A stretch of 63,370 nucleotides of DNA, filler included, from Folioceros fuciformis (GCA_049999805.1; 5 parts of 5 records of this genome joined end to end with filler, not necessarily neighbours in it), one strand, 5' to 3'; shown: positions 9,640-21,473, counted from the first letter of the whole stretch. Program-made: numbers and translations. Notes: a model not told the origin generated them from the sequence alone.

Positions 9640-11406
9640 TCACGCCCGATGTTTTGTATCACCAACCAGAAATGTATGCACCAGTCCGTCCGTGTCAGTC
9701 CAAGAACTTTGGCCTGGCTGCTTCCATGCCCCAAATCCTTTTCTCCTTACCTGCATCTCCTCTGCATCCTGCCACATCTCGGCACCAGTATATACACTCG
9801 ACATCAACACATATGCTGCAGGATCGTTTTCTTCTAGCTTCACTGCTTCACGGAATGCAAGGCGTCCCACCTCCACATTGCACCACTTTCGACAAGCACC
9901 CAGCAGAGTGCGCCAAACTGCAGCGTCAGGTTGCACAGGCATTGTTTTCACAATCGCCAGTGCCTCGTCTAGTTGGCCTGCACGACCCAGGAGATCCACC
10001 AGACATGAAAAGTGATCCCTGGTGGGACTGATGCCGTATTCTCGGCTCATCGCGTCGAAGTACTCTCGCCCCTTGTTGACAAGACCCGCATGACTGCAGG
10101 CTGTTAGCAGGCTGAGGAAGGTGATCCTGTCTGGCTCTACACCATGCTGTTTCATTTCGTGTATCAAGTCAAATATGATCTCACTACCTCCTTGACGGGT
10201 GTATCCCGCAATCAACGCACTCCAGGAGACGATATCTTTTTTGGGCAATGCATCAAAAACCTCCTGTGCATCACTCATGCTTCCGGATTTTGCATACATC
10301 TCCATCAAACTGGTGGCTACAGTCACATCATGTTGCAGTCCTTGTTCCTCAATCTGCGCATGAAGCTGCCTTCCGACTTGCAAAGCCGCCACGTCTGCAC
10401 ATGCCTGTAGGAGAGACACAAATGTTATAATGCTGGGTGCGAGGCCTCCCTGTTCCTGCATAGCACGATACAGGCGAAGGGCTTCCTCACCCTTCCCGTG
10501 TTGAGAACATCCTGCTATCATGGCATTCCACGTTACTACATCTTTTCGAGTGAGGCCATCAAACACTCGTTGAGCATCTTCCAAGCTGCCACACTTTGCG
10601 TACATGTCAACCAAGCAATTGCAAACATACGAATCAGGCTCAACCTCACTGGCCAGAACATCAGCATGAACCTGTTGCCCAGCTTTCAAGTCTGCTCCCC
10701 TTGCACAAGCCTGCAAGACGGCTACAAACACATGCGCATCTGGCTTCACCCCTGACCTTCGCATCAGACCATACAGTCGGATGGCATGTTTGGCCTCTCC
10801 ATGTTGCACATGCGCAGATATTATGGAAGACCACATGAAGGCATCTGGTTTGGTAACCACGGTGAACACATCCATAGCCTCTTGCAGCCTGGCATGGGAA
10901 GCATACATTCGCAGGATGTGGTTGCACAAGAACGTGTCCGAATCGTACCCAATTCTCACACTGAGACCATGAACGCACCGACCGAGAACTAGATCCCTCT
11001 CACTCACACATTTCTGGAGAACAGCATAAATCAGAGCAGTTGAAATGAGACCACTTGTCTGCACCAGAATTCCCAGAGCCTCAACGGCCTCCCTGAGATG
11101 CCCCTGCTCACATAATCTGCCCACTGTTTCAGCCGTTACTGCACCTGCAGGCCTGCATGTATGAGCACTCGTAGGGGCACCACGAACCATTAGCATATCA
11201 AGAGGTGCTGGATTGTGCAATTTATTTACTCGGGGGACCTGCTGGAAGCCAGGCCAACGGGAACTCCTGTTCTGTTTCCAGTAATCCCACCCAAGTTCAT
11301 TCACCAGGATCTTTTCCTCAATCCTCGTCCTGGATCTCAGCTCAGCGGGAGCTGCTAAGCAAACAGCTTGACGAATGTCTAAGCACCTCCCCAACAAGAG
11401 GTCCAT
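9640..11406 (-). CDS. PLS-class PPR protein with E1/E2 and a truncated WW-like box (no intact deaminase)
   Basis: 588-aa ORF with PLS triplets and E motifs (AAVWRTLLGACRKW, AAYVLMSSVY), ending WKQPGQSSWTDTDGLVHTFLVGDTKHRA*. Confidence 0.92.
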   Translation of the reverse strand: MDLLLGRCLDIRQAVCLAAPAELRSRTRIEEKILVNELGWDYWKQNRSSRWPGFQQVPRVNKLHNPAPLDMLMVRGAPTSAHTCRPAGAVTAETVGRLCEQGHLREAVEALGILVQTSGLISTALIYAVLQKCVSERDLVLGRCVHGLSVRIGYDSDTFLCNHILRMYASHARLQEAMDVFTVVTKPDAFMWSSIISAHVQHGEAKHAIRLYGLMRRSGVKPDAHVFVAVLQACARGADLKAGQQVHADVLASEVEPDSYVCNCLVDMYAKCGSLEDAQRVFDGLTRKDVVTWNAMIAGCSQHGKGEEALRLYRAMQEQGGLAPSIITFVSLLQACADVAALQVGRQLHAQIEEQGLQHDVTVATSLMEMYAKSGSMSDAQEVFDALPKKDIVSWSALIAGYTRQGGSEIIFDLIHEMKQHGVEPDRITFLSLLTACSHAGLVNKGREYFDAMSREYGISPTRDHFSCLVDLLGRAGQLDEALAIVKTMPVQPDAAVWRTLLGACRKWCNVEVGRLAFREAVKLEENDPAAYVLMSSVYTGAEMWQDAEEMQVRRKGFGAWKQPGQSSWTDTDGLVHTFLVGDTKHRA

Positions 11407-11568
11407 GACTCGCTTGAGAGCACTAACTGTTGAGTCAAGCCTCAGAAAAATCCTTGGTAGTCCTCCACTGCATGTGGAGGCGACAGGCTGTGATCTATTC
11501 TGGAGGAACTGTTACAATTTTTTACTTCGTCACGAGCGCTGAGGCTTCCCTCCGAACGGTGATGCTGC

Positions 11569-14500
11569 ATGCGCTTGTACATACCGATGTTTAGAGCGCA
11601 CCTTCAGCGATCATCAAAAGTCCGAATTGCAAGGCCATCCATGCACATAACGTGTGGAGCTGAACGCAACAACTCTGAACGGTCTAGGTTTTGTTCGTCG
11701 CTACGGTGAGGACCTGTTTCTGAATGTGCAAAGGTGTTTGATGTCAAAACGTAATGGATATGCTATAGCTAACCGTAGATCCGTATGTAGCCTGTTGTAC
11801 ACATGTGTTTAGCAAAATGTTCTTGTGACAGTGCCCTGAAACGTGCAGAGTCAAGCATGAAGCAGGTAATGAGGAGCGATGCTGGAGCAAACAACTTAAC
11901 GAAGGGGAGCTCGGTCAAGCTGTTGGTGCTTTGGAGCTAATTGTGCAGCACGGATCTTGTCCTCCTGGGTCGCTCTTTGTTGAGGCTCTCAAGCTATGTA
12001 TTGCAAAGAAAGATTTGGTTCTTGGCAGAGGCATCCACGCCTTTGCTGTAAAATGTGGCTACGAGTCAAACAGGTTTATGGCCAACCACATCATACGCAT
12101 GTACGCTTCTCAGGGGAAGTTACAGGAAGCTTACCAGGTGTTCGGCAATCTCGTGGCTCCAAACGCTCATTCATGGTCTTCCATTATCTCGGGCTATGCA
12201 GAACATGGTCAGCCTGCCCAAGCTATACAATTTTACTGGAGGATGCGGCAGTCGACTGTCATGCCAGACAACCATGTGTTTGCAGCTGTTCTTAAGGCAT
12301 GTGCTAACACAGCGGATTTGAGATCAGGCAGGAAGATTCATGCTGATGTTCTGAGATGTGCAGAGGAACCCATTGAGTTCGTTGGGAGCTGCCTTGTCGA
12401 CATGTATGCAAAGTGTGGGAGCTTGGATGATGCTCGCGCAGTGTTCAATAGCCTGACGAGTAGAGATGTTGTTACCTGGAATGCCATGCTCACGGGATAT
12501 GTGCAGCAAGGTCTGTCGCTGGAAGCACTCTCTCTTTACACCAGCATGCAGAAGGAGGTCACCGCTCCAGCTGACCAGGTCACATTTGTGTGCCTTTTGA
12601 AAGCATGTGGTATCAGCGCGACACTCGTTCAAGGGAAGCGGCTTCACTCTCAGATTCAAGAAAGAGGTCTCGAAAATGATGTGGTGATTGGGAGCTGCTT
12701 AGTGGACATGTATGCAAAATGTGGGTGCTTGGATGAAGCTCGCAGCGTGTTTGACAAGCTATTGTTTAGGGATGTGGTCACTTGGACAGCCATGATTGCT
12801 GGATACGCTCAACGTGGGCTGGGGCAAGAAGCCCTTGCTCTTTTTGCACGTATGCAACTTGAGGGCGTATTTCCAGCTGATTATGTTGCTTTTGTGTGCC
12901 TCCTCAGAGCTTGCTCATCCATCGGAGCATTAGATCAAGGTAGGCATCTTCATTTTCAGATTTTGGAACAGGGTATGCAAGGTGACGTTGCTGTTGGCAG
13001 CTGCTTGGTGGACATGTATTCCAAATGTGGCAAATTAGACACCGCCCGCAGCGTGTTCGACAATCTGGTGAAGAAAAACGTTGTGACATGGAATGCCATG
13101 CTCGCTGGATATGCTCAGCATGGGCTGGGTCTAGAAGCCCTCAACCTCTATGCAACAATGCTGAAGGAAAACATCACGACAGCTGATCATGTTACATTTG
13201 TTTGTCTCCTGAAAGCATGTGCCAGCATTGCAGCTATACATCAGGGAAAGCAGCTGCATCTGCAGATACAAGAGCGGGGACTGGAATCTGATTTGGTCAT
13301 TGGCAATTGCCTGGTGGACATGTATGTAAAATGTGGTTGCTTAGTTGATGCCCGGAGGGTGTTTAACATTATGTCCACAAGAGATGTGGTAACTTGGAAC
13401 GCCATGCTGGCAGGATATGCTCACCACGGCCTTGGTCAAGAAGCCCTTGCGCTTCATGAAAGTATGCAGCATGAAGGCATCACTCCAGCGGGTGAAATTA
13501 CATTTGCTTGCCTCCTGAGAGCCTGTGCTAGTATTGGAGCATTAGACCAAGGAAAGCAGTTGCATGCCCAGGTTCAAGACGAATGTCTGGAGTGTGATTC
13601 AGTTGTTGCAAGCTGCCTGGTGGACATGTACGCACGATGCGGGAGCTTAGATGATGCCCGCAAGGTGTTTGATAACTTAGCCAAAAAGGATTTGGTAACG
13701 TGGAATTCCATGCTCGCGGGATATGCCCTCCATGGGCTTGGCCACGATGCTCTTGCTCTGTACACAGATATGGAACATGAAGGTGTCATTGCGGCAGATC
13801 ACGCTACGTTTGTGTGCTTGCTGAAAGCATGTGCCAGCATTTCAGCACTACCTCAGGGGATACAAATTCATGCTCAGATTCAGGAAAGGGGGCTTGAATC
13901 TCATATGGTTGTGGGTAGCTGTTTGGTGTACATGTACGCCAAATGTGGGAGCTTAGAAGCAGCCCAAAGGGTCTTTGACAATCTTACAATAAAAGACATC
14001 GTGACCTGGAATGCAATGCTATCAGGATATGCTCAGCATGGATTCACTCTGAAGGCCCTGGAATGCTATGAGAAAATGCTGTTGTCAAACATCAATCCAA
14101 ATGGAGTCACGTTCTTATCCCTCATTTCTGCATGCAGTCATGCAGGCGAAGTGGATAAGGGTCTTGAGTACTTTAGATCTATGAGCGCAGTTCACAGCAT
14201 GACTCCAGACATTGAACATCATGTGAGCATGTTAGACCTCTTTGGCCGTGCAGGACGCTTCGTTCTGTTAGAGGACTGGCTGTCGAAGATGCCAATGGAG
14301 CCTGATCTGGCAACGTGGCTGTGTGTGCTTGGTGCGTGCCGGAAGCATGGGAACATCACGCTCGGACAACAGGCCTTCAGTCGTGCAATACAACTGCAGC
14401 CAAAGCACCCTGCTGCATATGTGCTGATGTCACATATCTATGCAGATGCTGGCCTTCCGGACAGCGCAAAGAGGGTGGAGAACCTGAGAAAGAGGGAGCG

Positions 14501-14651
14501 TGCTTGGAAAGAGCCCGGACGGAGCTGGATTCAGCATGAGCAAGAAGCACACAGCTTTCTGGTCGGAGACCGAAGCCACCCACAAAACGAACAGCTGTAC
14601 GACCTCTTAGAGAAGGTCAGTTCACAGCTGAAGATAGCAGGGCACATCTGA
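11569..14651 (+). CDS. PLS-class PPR protein, E+ type (PG box, no DYW catalytic core); predicted two exons 11569-11705 and 11849-14651
   Basis: Long PLS array ending KEPGRSWIQHEQEAHSFLVGDRSHPQNEQLYDLLEKVSSQLKIAGHI*. The ORF has no upstream ATG (in-frame stop at 11826), but a phase-2 GTGAG...GTGCAG intron joins an R/S-rich, transit-peptide-like first exon (MRLYIPMFRAHLQRSSKVRIARPS...) in frame. Confidence 0.92.
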
Positions 14652-15990
14652 CGCATGGGGGCTACAGGGGATCATCAATCTCATACGCTGGCGAGACAAC
14701 ATCTGCCTAGGTGAGCCATTTGTTGATTCTGAGGTCAGTCAAACATCTCGTCGGGGACCTGTGTCCTATGTTTTCTCTATGTCTCAGCCAGTGGATACCT
14801 TTTACACGGCTTCCCAGACTAGTTCCATGTGCATGCTCTGGAAAGGCACCAGAACTTCCGGTACCAGAGGACAAAATATTGTGAGTCGCATTGTTCTCGC
14901 TTGCATGTTGGTGGGTCTTGAACTCCGCACCAGTACGTGAGGTATTCTCACGACCGTTGCACACCGCCGCAGGCTGCCACAACCCATGCTCCAGACGCAA
15001 CAGGCAACCAATTGGTAAGGAAGTCTGATTGCTATTCACTCCTCCAAACCACCTGACGCAGACATGGAGTCCAGTTACAGCTGAACCTCCAGCAAGAACA
15101 CTATCCTTGTACTACATGCCTCACTGCCTTGTTCACTGCCTCACAGCACTATCCTTTTACGCCATCAGTTTATATACCCTGCAGCTGATAGTTCACCGCC
15201 TTTCTGCCCGAGACGTGAAAACAAAGAAGGAGAGCTGGGATGCTTACTGTGTGTGTTCCCTCGTGGTGCCTTGTACAGGCTTATGAGAAATAGCCCGGTT
15301 CTCACTTTTCGTCACCCATGATCCTTGTTCATCTATCCAGATATGAGACTGGATGTGACGCACAACTTGACTACTTTGCTGGACTCTTGGGATACCTCTG
15401 ATTCCGAACCAAAAACTTAGGCACCAGTCCTTGAATGTTTGTCCATTGCCCCCGTTGACGCTCTGGCAGTCTCCTCCTTGGTTTTGTTTTTGTTTTTATT
15501 TTTAAAACATGAACTCTGTCATAATTTATTCTTATACTGTTTTTTATTTATTTTAATAAAACAAGATGAAAATCATCAAGATTGGGACATGAGGGAAATA
15601 AATCATGAGAGATATATACGGAAGAAACCGTAAACCATTTAATTTAGAGCTAATAATTTTTTATTGAAAATATTTTTTTTGTCAAACAAAAAATAGGCAG
15701 GGGACGGGGATGGGTTAATCCGAGAGTTCTTATACATTTGGCCTAAGCATGGCCTCCCTATGTATTTACACAAGGCTGGATTAAGCATCAACAAGAAGCA
15801 TATTCTAAACACTTCAACTAAAGAAAACGTATGTTAAAATTTATCAAATTATTTTTATAACTCATCTCTAATCATGTAATATTGTACTAATAATATATTG
15901 TGATATAATATTGTAGTAATAATTATACATTGATGAAATCATATTCGATCTGCTGTTCATCCTCTCATTTATCAATAAGGCATGTTAGCT

Positions 15991-16458
15991 CTAAGTAAAC
16001 ATGTACCCTACAAAACAATCTTCAACTTGAAAATATGCAAAAAACATTTTAGCACAGAGTTTTCCTATTAGCTCATTACAAATGTATTGAAGACAAGTTT
16101 TACATTGCAATTTGGTGAACATGGTGCTATCTTGTTGATAACATGCTACCGAGACATGGAAGTTAGATGGAATACTTGTTTCACTTGTTAGCATTTCAGT
16201 TTTGTAATCCAAAGAAGTATCAAGATAATTAGGAAATCTTGTCTCAGCCTTTTCAATCGCTTGAGCCAATGCATAATTCACAAATTCCGTTATTACATCA
16301 GAATCGACGTATCCCTGGCATTCTTGATCTCTAACTTTGACATTAGGGGGAAGCTCTGGGCCATAAACTTCAGAACCAACCTTGCCAAAAGATGAGAATG
16401 CAAGCAGTAGTGCAACAACATAAAGTGCAGCAACATAAAGTCCTCTTGAGGTGTCCAT
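15991..16458 (-). CDS. Secreted cysteine-rich protein, Gnk2/DUF26 (stress-antifungal)-like
   Basis: Signal peptide (MDTSRGLYVAALYVVALLLAFSSFG) and the Cys pattern C-x12-C-x2-C...C...A...C-x3-Y, resembling DUF26 (canonical C-x8-C-x2-C). Alternative ATG at 16482. Confidence 0.55.
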   Translation of the reverse strand: MDTSRGLYVAALYVVALLLAFSSFGKVGSEVYGPELPPNVKVRDQECQGYVDSDVITEFVNYALAQAIEKAETRFPNYLDTSLDYKTEMLTSETSIPSNFHVSVACYQQDSTMFTKLQCKTCLQYICNELIGKLCAKMFFAYFQVEDCFVGYMFT

Positions 16459-17574
16459 CTCTTGCACAAAAGATTGAAGCATGTGACATACAAATATTCC
16501 GGAATTGTATAGTATTTATATCCAATTATATTAATAAAATTGGATTGTAATAGTCTATTTATAAAATATAAGTATAAATATTATTATAACAGAAATTACA
16601 AAATCAAGGGAGGAAAGAGAAGAGGTTTTGTGTGCTAGTGCTAGAGAATGAGATGAATATGGTACAGGTTGGTAAGGGTGAGAATAAATGTCGTGAGAAT
16701 ATATGGGTTAGTTTCAATTAGTTAACCGTTGTTTAATATAAGTTTGGGCATTTAATAAGAGGTCACCGAGGAGCAGGGTTGGACATGGTGTCAGATATTG
16801 TGGAGCCGCTCAACGGAATGCGGTGGAAGAAGGAGTGTGTGGCGGAGGCAAGTCGTGCAAAGGAACATGGAATCCAGGTTGATGAAATGAAATTCTGAAG
16901 CAGCCGAATCCGTCAGCACGATTTCTCTTTGTGGATGCGGGCTTCGGTTGCGGATCCGAGCCGCACAATTTTCAAGCCTCCGATTCCGGGGTGACGAGTT
17001 GTTCTACCGGGAAACCGATGAATTCGCTGGAATTTTGACTGCGACTTTGGCAGACCTTCACGGGTGACACGGATCTCTGCCGCTAGCAGGGTCGGTGGCA
17101 GCTGCAGATGTTGTCCCGGTCAAGTCCACGTCCGAAAATTCTTTTCTGGCCTTGGAATGTTCAGTTCCCGAACCGGAGAATTCGAACACTGGATGCAGGC
17201 CTTTGCGGGCCACGATACAGCGCGTACTTGTGGTGGTGATGTCCGTGTGAAAGCGCCTCGGGAATGCGGGATGTGGATCTGTGCCGTTTGTGAGTGGTGC
17301 GATGGTGATGAATGTAGGACGGAGGCTGGGGCAGCTCTGGGTCATGGATGGCGGGGTCTGCGTGGTTTGCTTTGGGATGTGCGCTGTTATGGTGGTGGAG
17401 CTGACTTGCCTAGCTCGTGGCCGGGACAATTGAAATTGTTTTGAGTTTAGCGGACATTTATTTTTAAGGACGCTGGCTTAGGAAGGGGAATGATCGAATG
17501 AGAGCGGTTGTACGGCTTGGAGCGAACAAAGGCTTCCATCGATTGTAGTATGTGGAGCAGAGGAGAGGGTCGGG

Positions 17575-18963
17575 ATGTCTGATCCGGAGTCGGTGTCCTG
17601 TGCTCGGTTGGAGTTGGGCGAGCAGAAGGTGCTGTTTGTGAAGGGCAAGTGGTTGTCGGATCACTTCTCGCTGGCTGTGTTCGATGGACAGGATGCGTGG
17701 AGTTTGAATGGTGAGCGTGATATGCGCTCAGCTTTCCAGGGTTTGGTGCGGGAACTCGTGCAATTGGTGCCAAGTGGTTCGGTTTCGGTGTCGTTTTTTC
17801 AGCTACCGTGGAACAGGTTGCGTCCCGGGCTGAAGGGTGGGATAAGGCGGTGTCGGAGTACATTGACATTTGCCGGAAACACTTGGGTCAGAACGAACCT
17901 GCCTCCAACTACGAGTTCAGCCAGGAACGCGATGGTGCGAAGGTAGGGTTTCTGCTTGGCGCACTTGCTTCTTTGGAGTGGTCCTGATGGTGGCGGGTGT
18001 CTTGAGATGCATCCCCCTCTGCTTGTACTTTAGAACGTGCTTGTGTGATGGTAACCAGTCCTGCCTGCTAAGGCTGCTGACTGGTGTTGTAGCTGGCTGA
18101 TTCTTACTGCTCTGTTGTGTGCAGTTATCGTTCGAAACCAGTGACAAGTATGATACTGTGCTCAAGGGTATTTGGAGGCTGAAAAGAGAGAGCAATTCGG
18201 AGCGAACAGTTGTGGACCTTCTGAATCATCTCTTGGACGCAAATGAAGTTCTTCGTGTGAGTTGTTGGGGCACTAGTTGAAGGTGTTCTTGTAACCACGC
18301 GAAAAACGTGCAGGTTGATTGGGCACTTACTTCATTGTGCCGTGCAGGAAAGTGCTGCACGAGCCCAGTTGAATTTCGATAACATGAAAGTTGAAGCTGA
18401 GAAAACTCTGCAGCAATGCGAACGCTTCAAGGATGCCAAAAAACTGTTTGAGGACGAGGTTTACCACAAGGTGTGATATCAAGTAAGACGTTTGCTGGCA
18501 CTTGTGCATGAAGGATTGATTGAACGAGTCTCTTTCTTGAATGGTGTCTCAGTTCGTGGCAATACTCAACGCGAAAAAGGCGAAGTTGAGGGAGTTACAA
18601 AACGCAGCACAAAACGTTTCCAAGGCGAACTGCAACCAGGAAGACGAGGATATGGTTGGGAACCAGACTGACAGTGAGGATGAAGGCAGCGACAGTGATA
18701 CGGAAAGTGGAGCAGGTGCCAGGAGCCCCCTGTTTAACAGCCAAGACTTCTGCTCTCACCCTGCTGTGCCGGAAGCGGAGAGCTCGAGAGAGGCAAGCCA
18801 TGATAGGGATGCAAGCGAAGCAACTCGCAAGAGTCCCTTAAGATTAGCCGGTGGCCATGAGATGCAATCAGAGACAGCTGCGGATGCTGATGACATGGCT
18901 GCTGCTCTTCTCAGCACGGCTCCCGATTACACTAGTGCTCCTCGCCGAAGGCGATGCAGGTAG
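17575..18963 (+). CDS. XRCC4: DNA repair protein XRCC4 (NHEJ); exons 17575-17710, 17803-17942, 18125-18256, 18348-18470, 18553-18963
   Basis: Spliced product contains SCARLEL..LFVKGKW..FSLAVFDG..W..NATVEQVASRAEGWDKAVSEY..., LLDANEVLR, MKVEAEKTLQQCE and KFVAILNAKKAKLREL, matching plant XRCC4. All introns are GT-AG and in phase. Confidence 0.9.
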
Positions 18964-21242
18964 ACATGTTCCAGGTCTGCTTAGTGCACATACGGAGCAG
19001 GAGCATGTAGGCATGCTGGCGGAGTATCTGGACACTCTTCTGGAGAAGATGCTCGGCCTTGAAGCTATGCCCAGCAGGGTGAGCATAAGAAAGCTCGTGC
19101 TGAAGATGCTTTAGGCTCTCTTCAGCGTCGTCCACGTGATAAAATCATGCGGAAGGGAAGAGATTACACATGTCAACAGGCTTGGATGTTATCTTGATAC
19201 CCATTGTTCCATCATGTTGATGAAGTGTGTAAGCGTGGACATATACTGAGGAGCTGATATACGAAGATGTGGCGAGGCACCCCCGATTGCACTTTGTCGC
19301 GAGCCTCTGTGTGGAAAAATTCGCACATCGTTGCAAGCCGCTACTACCCATGCTGAAGATGCCATTTCTCACGCGTGAGCCGATTCCTTGGGGGTCGGTC
19401 AGGTTGGGCCCTCTCACCATTGGGCCGCCAGTTGCCATCAGTTCATTCGGCTGTAAGCGCGGACCTCAACCCAAAAATTTCCTACACTTTTCAACGGTCT
19501 TTTTTTATTGCAATCAAAATCTTAACCAATCGTGATGAGCTTTTTACCTGAGATATTTTGCGTCGCGCCAACTCGGATTGTATGTCTCGGAAATCTCATA
19601 ATCCATATGCAGAAAACCATATTCTGATATTGGAGTGATAAAATCTGGTGGGACTTTCAAAGCAAGCCTAGTATGATAGGACTTTCAAAGCAGGCGTAAA
19701 ATGAGTTTTGAGAGACGAGAGTGAAAGATTGGTATGTTTAAGCAAGTTTTTGCGCAGCACAGAGTGAGAATGCCCTTTTTGTAAAGAAACCTTAGAACCT
19801 CCATCTCCGTTCCAGTGCGCTTCGGAGGCCTGTTGTAGAATCTCTGTCCATGCCTTGATTGTGTCTCTGAGTTCTGGTCGTGAATCACACCCTAAGGTTA
19901 TGCAATGAAGCAACAAGCTCTTCAGACACGAGAAGAGAAGCAGAGATCTGTAAGGCAGTGAGGTCGCTAGCCCAGAATTGCACCTCCTTCTTTGTGCCCT
20001 ATCGTCTCACAACTGCAATGCAGCGCGATGAGGTCTACACGTCTAACCATCCGCTTTCCGAGATATGTCAGTGCCTCGCATCTGCCTCTCCTGTCGAGTG
20101 CATACGAGAGCCCAAGCTGTGAACTGATTTCACTTTTCTTGGATCACAGATTGTGGTTTTGGAACAGAGGAGCGTGGCGGAACGTAGGCCTGATGACAGG
20201 CTCGTCATGGCCGGTGGAAGGTACTCTCAGCTTTGGGGCCGGGAGCGCAGCAGAACTCCGACCAGCGGAACTGGAAAATGGCCATGCCGTGGCATTGCAG
20301 TCGAAAAGCTGATGCCCCGTAATCCAGTCAAATGAGACGGGCGCAAGTACTTGCAGCGTGGATTTTGTGGTGCGTAGTAACTAACGGCCTGCGCGTGGAG
20401 GTTTCCCCCAATGTGCGAGTTCCTTCACGAGACTCTCAGGCCAGCAAACATTGCGAGTTTCAGCTCTAGGGAAGCCGGAGAAGACGTCGTGGTGGATGGT
20501 AACTGATAACCAGCCCGCTGTCTGCAAATCTGGATCACATCGGATCCGGTGTGACGACGTTCAACGTCACCAGCGGATTCGGAAGATCCAGTCCGAGTCG
20601 AGTGTCAGAAACACGATGTTTGTCTTTAGCGGAATAGAAAATTGAGCTACAGAGGCGCACCACGTTCAGCGATGCTCTGTCCTGGCGATGCGATCGGAGA
20701 CTTGAAGATGAGAAATAGTACATCTCTAAACCTCGTCCAGTATGAACACTCTTCCAAACAGATACACATAATTCTATAAGTAAACAGCAGATTGAAAGGC
20801 ATCACAGCGTGTCGGACTTCGCGATTACACCGCGTTCCTTCACAGTTGTGGTCCTCTTACAGGCAACCACAGACAGCCCTGTGGACGGGAAGGGGAAGCA
20901 GCTTCACGTGAAGATGCTGACCCTGGACATGAACTAAGTTAATGCGTTTGTATCCAGCAGTCCAGTGATTATTGTAAGCAAGGTAGGGCAGCTTCAAAGA
21001 TACTGGACTAGACACTTGGATGGACTCGGTCAAACAAAGCAGAATCTGATAGGGAATTCGCACCATGGAGCGATAACAAGATCTTCCAGATGCAGAGGAC
21101 ATGGGGCAGGGACACTATCCCTCCCCCTGGATCTCTGGAGTGTTATGCAAGAACGAAAACAAGAACCCATCTTTCCCAATAGATAGTCGATTCTGTAGGT
21201 ACCACCCTTCCCCACAAGGCAGTTGTGGTTCCTTATCCCTCA

Positions 21243-21473
21243 TCATTTTGCAGGAGGAGGAGGGCTGCTGCAGTAATACGGAAAGCAACACCCTGGTTCT
21301 CCAGGAATGCAACAAGCTGCTCCGTATCTGCAGGATAGAAGCCGCCGCCTGTGGTCAGAGATTGCATCGTCCGACGCGCCACCCACTGTGACAGCGCCGG
21401 CAAGAGCCACAAGTTGCAGGCACACCATGATGAACATGGTGAGGAAGATCACAACAGCTGCGAGTTTCGCCAT
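21243..21473 (-). CDS. Small secreted cysteine-rich peptide precursor (signal peptide, RRRLL pro-site, 6-Cys mature peptide)
   Basis: 76-aa ORF MAKLAAVVIFLTMFIMVCLQLVALA-GAVTVGGASDDAISDH-RRRLL-SCRYGAACCIPGEPGCCFPYYCSSPPPPAK; ATG followed by G. Confidence 0.7.
   Translation of the reverse strand: MAKLAAVVIFLTMFIMVCLQLVALAGAVTVGGASDDAISDHRRRLLSCRYGAACCIPGEPGCCFPYYCSSPPPPAK

Noticed and set aside
19140-21200. Several short ORFs between XRCC4 and the peptide gene
   Set aside because: No recognisable motif or consistent exon chain; could be UTR or lncRNA but unsupported.
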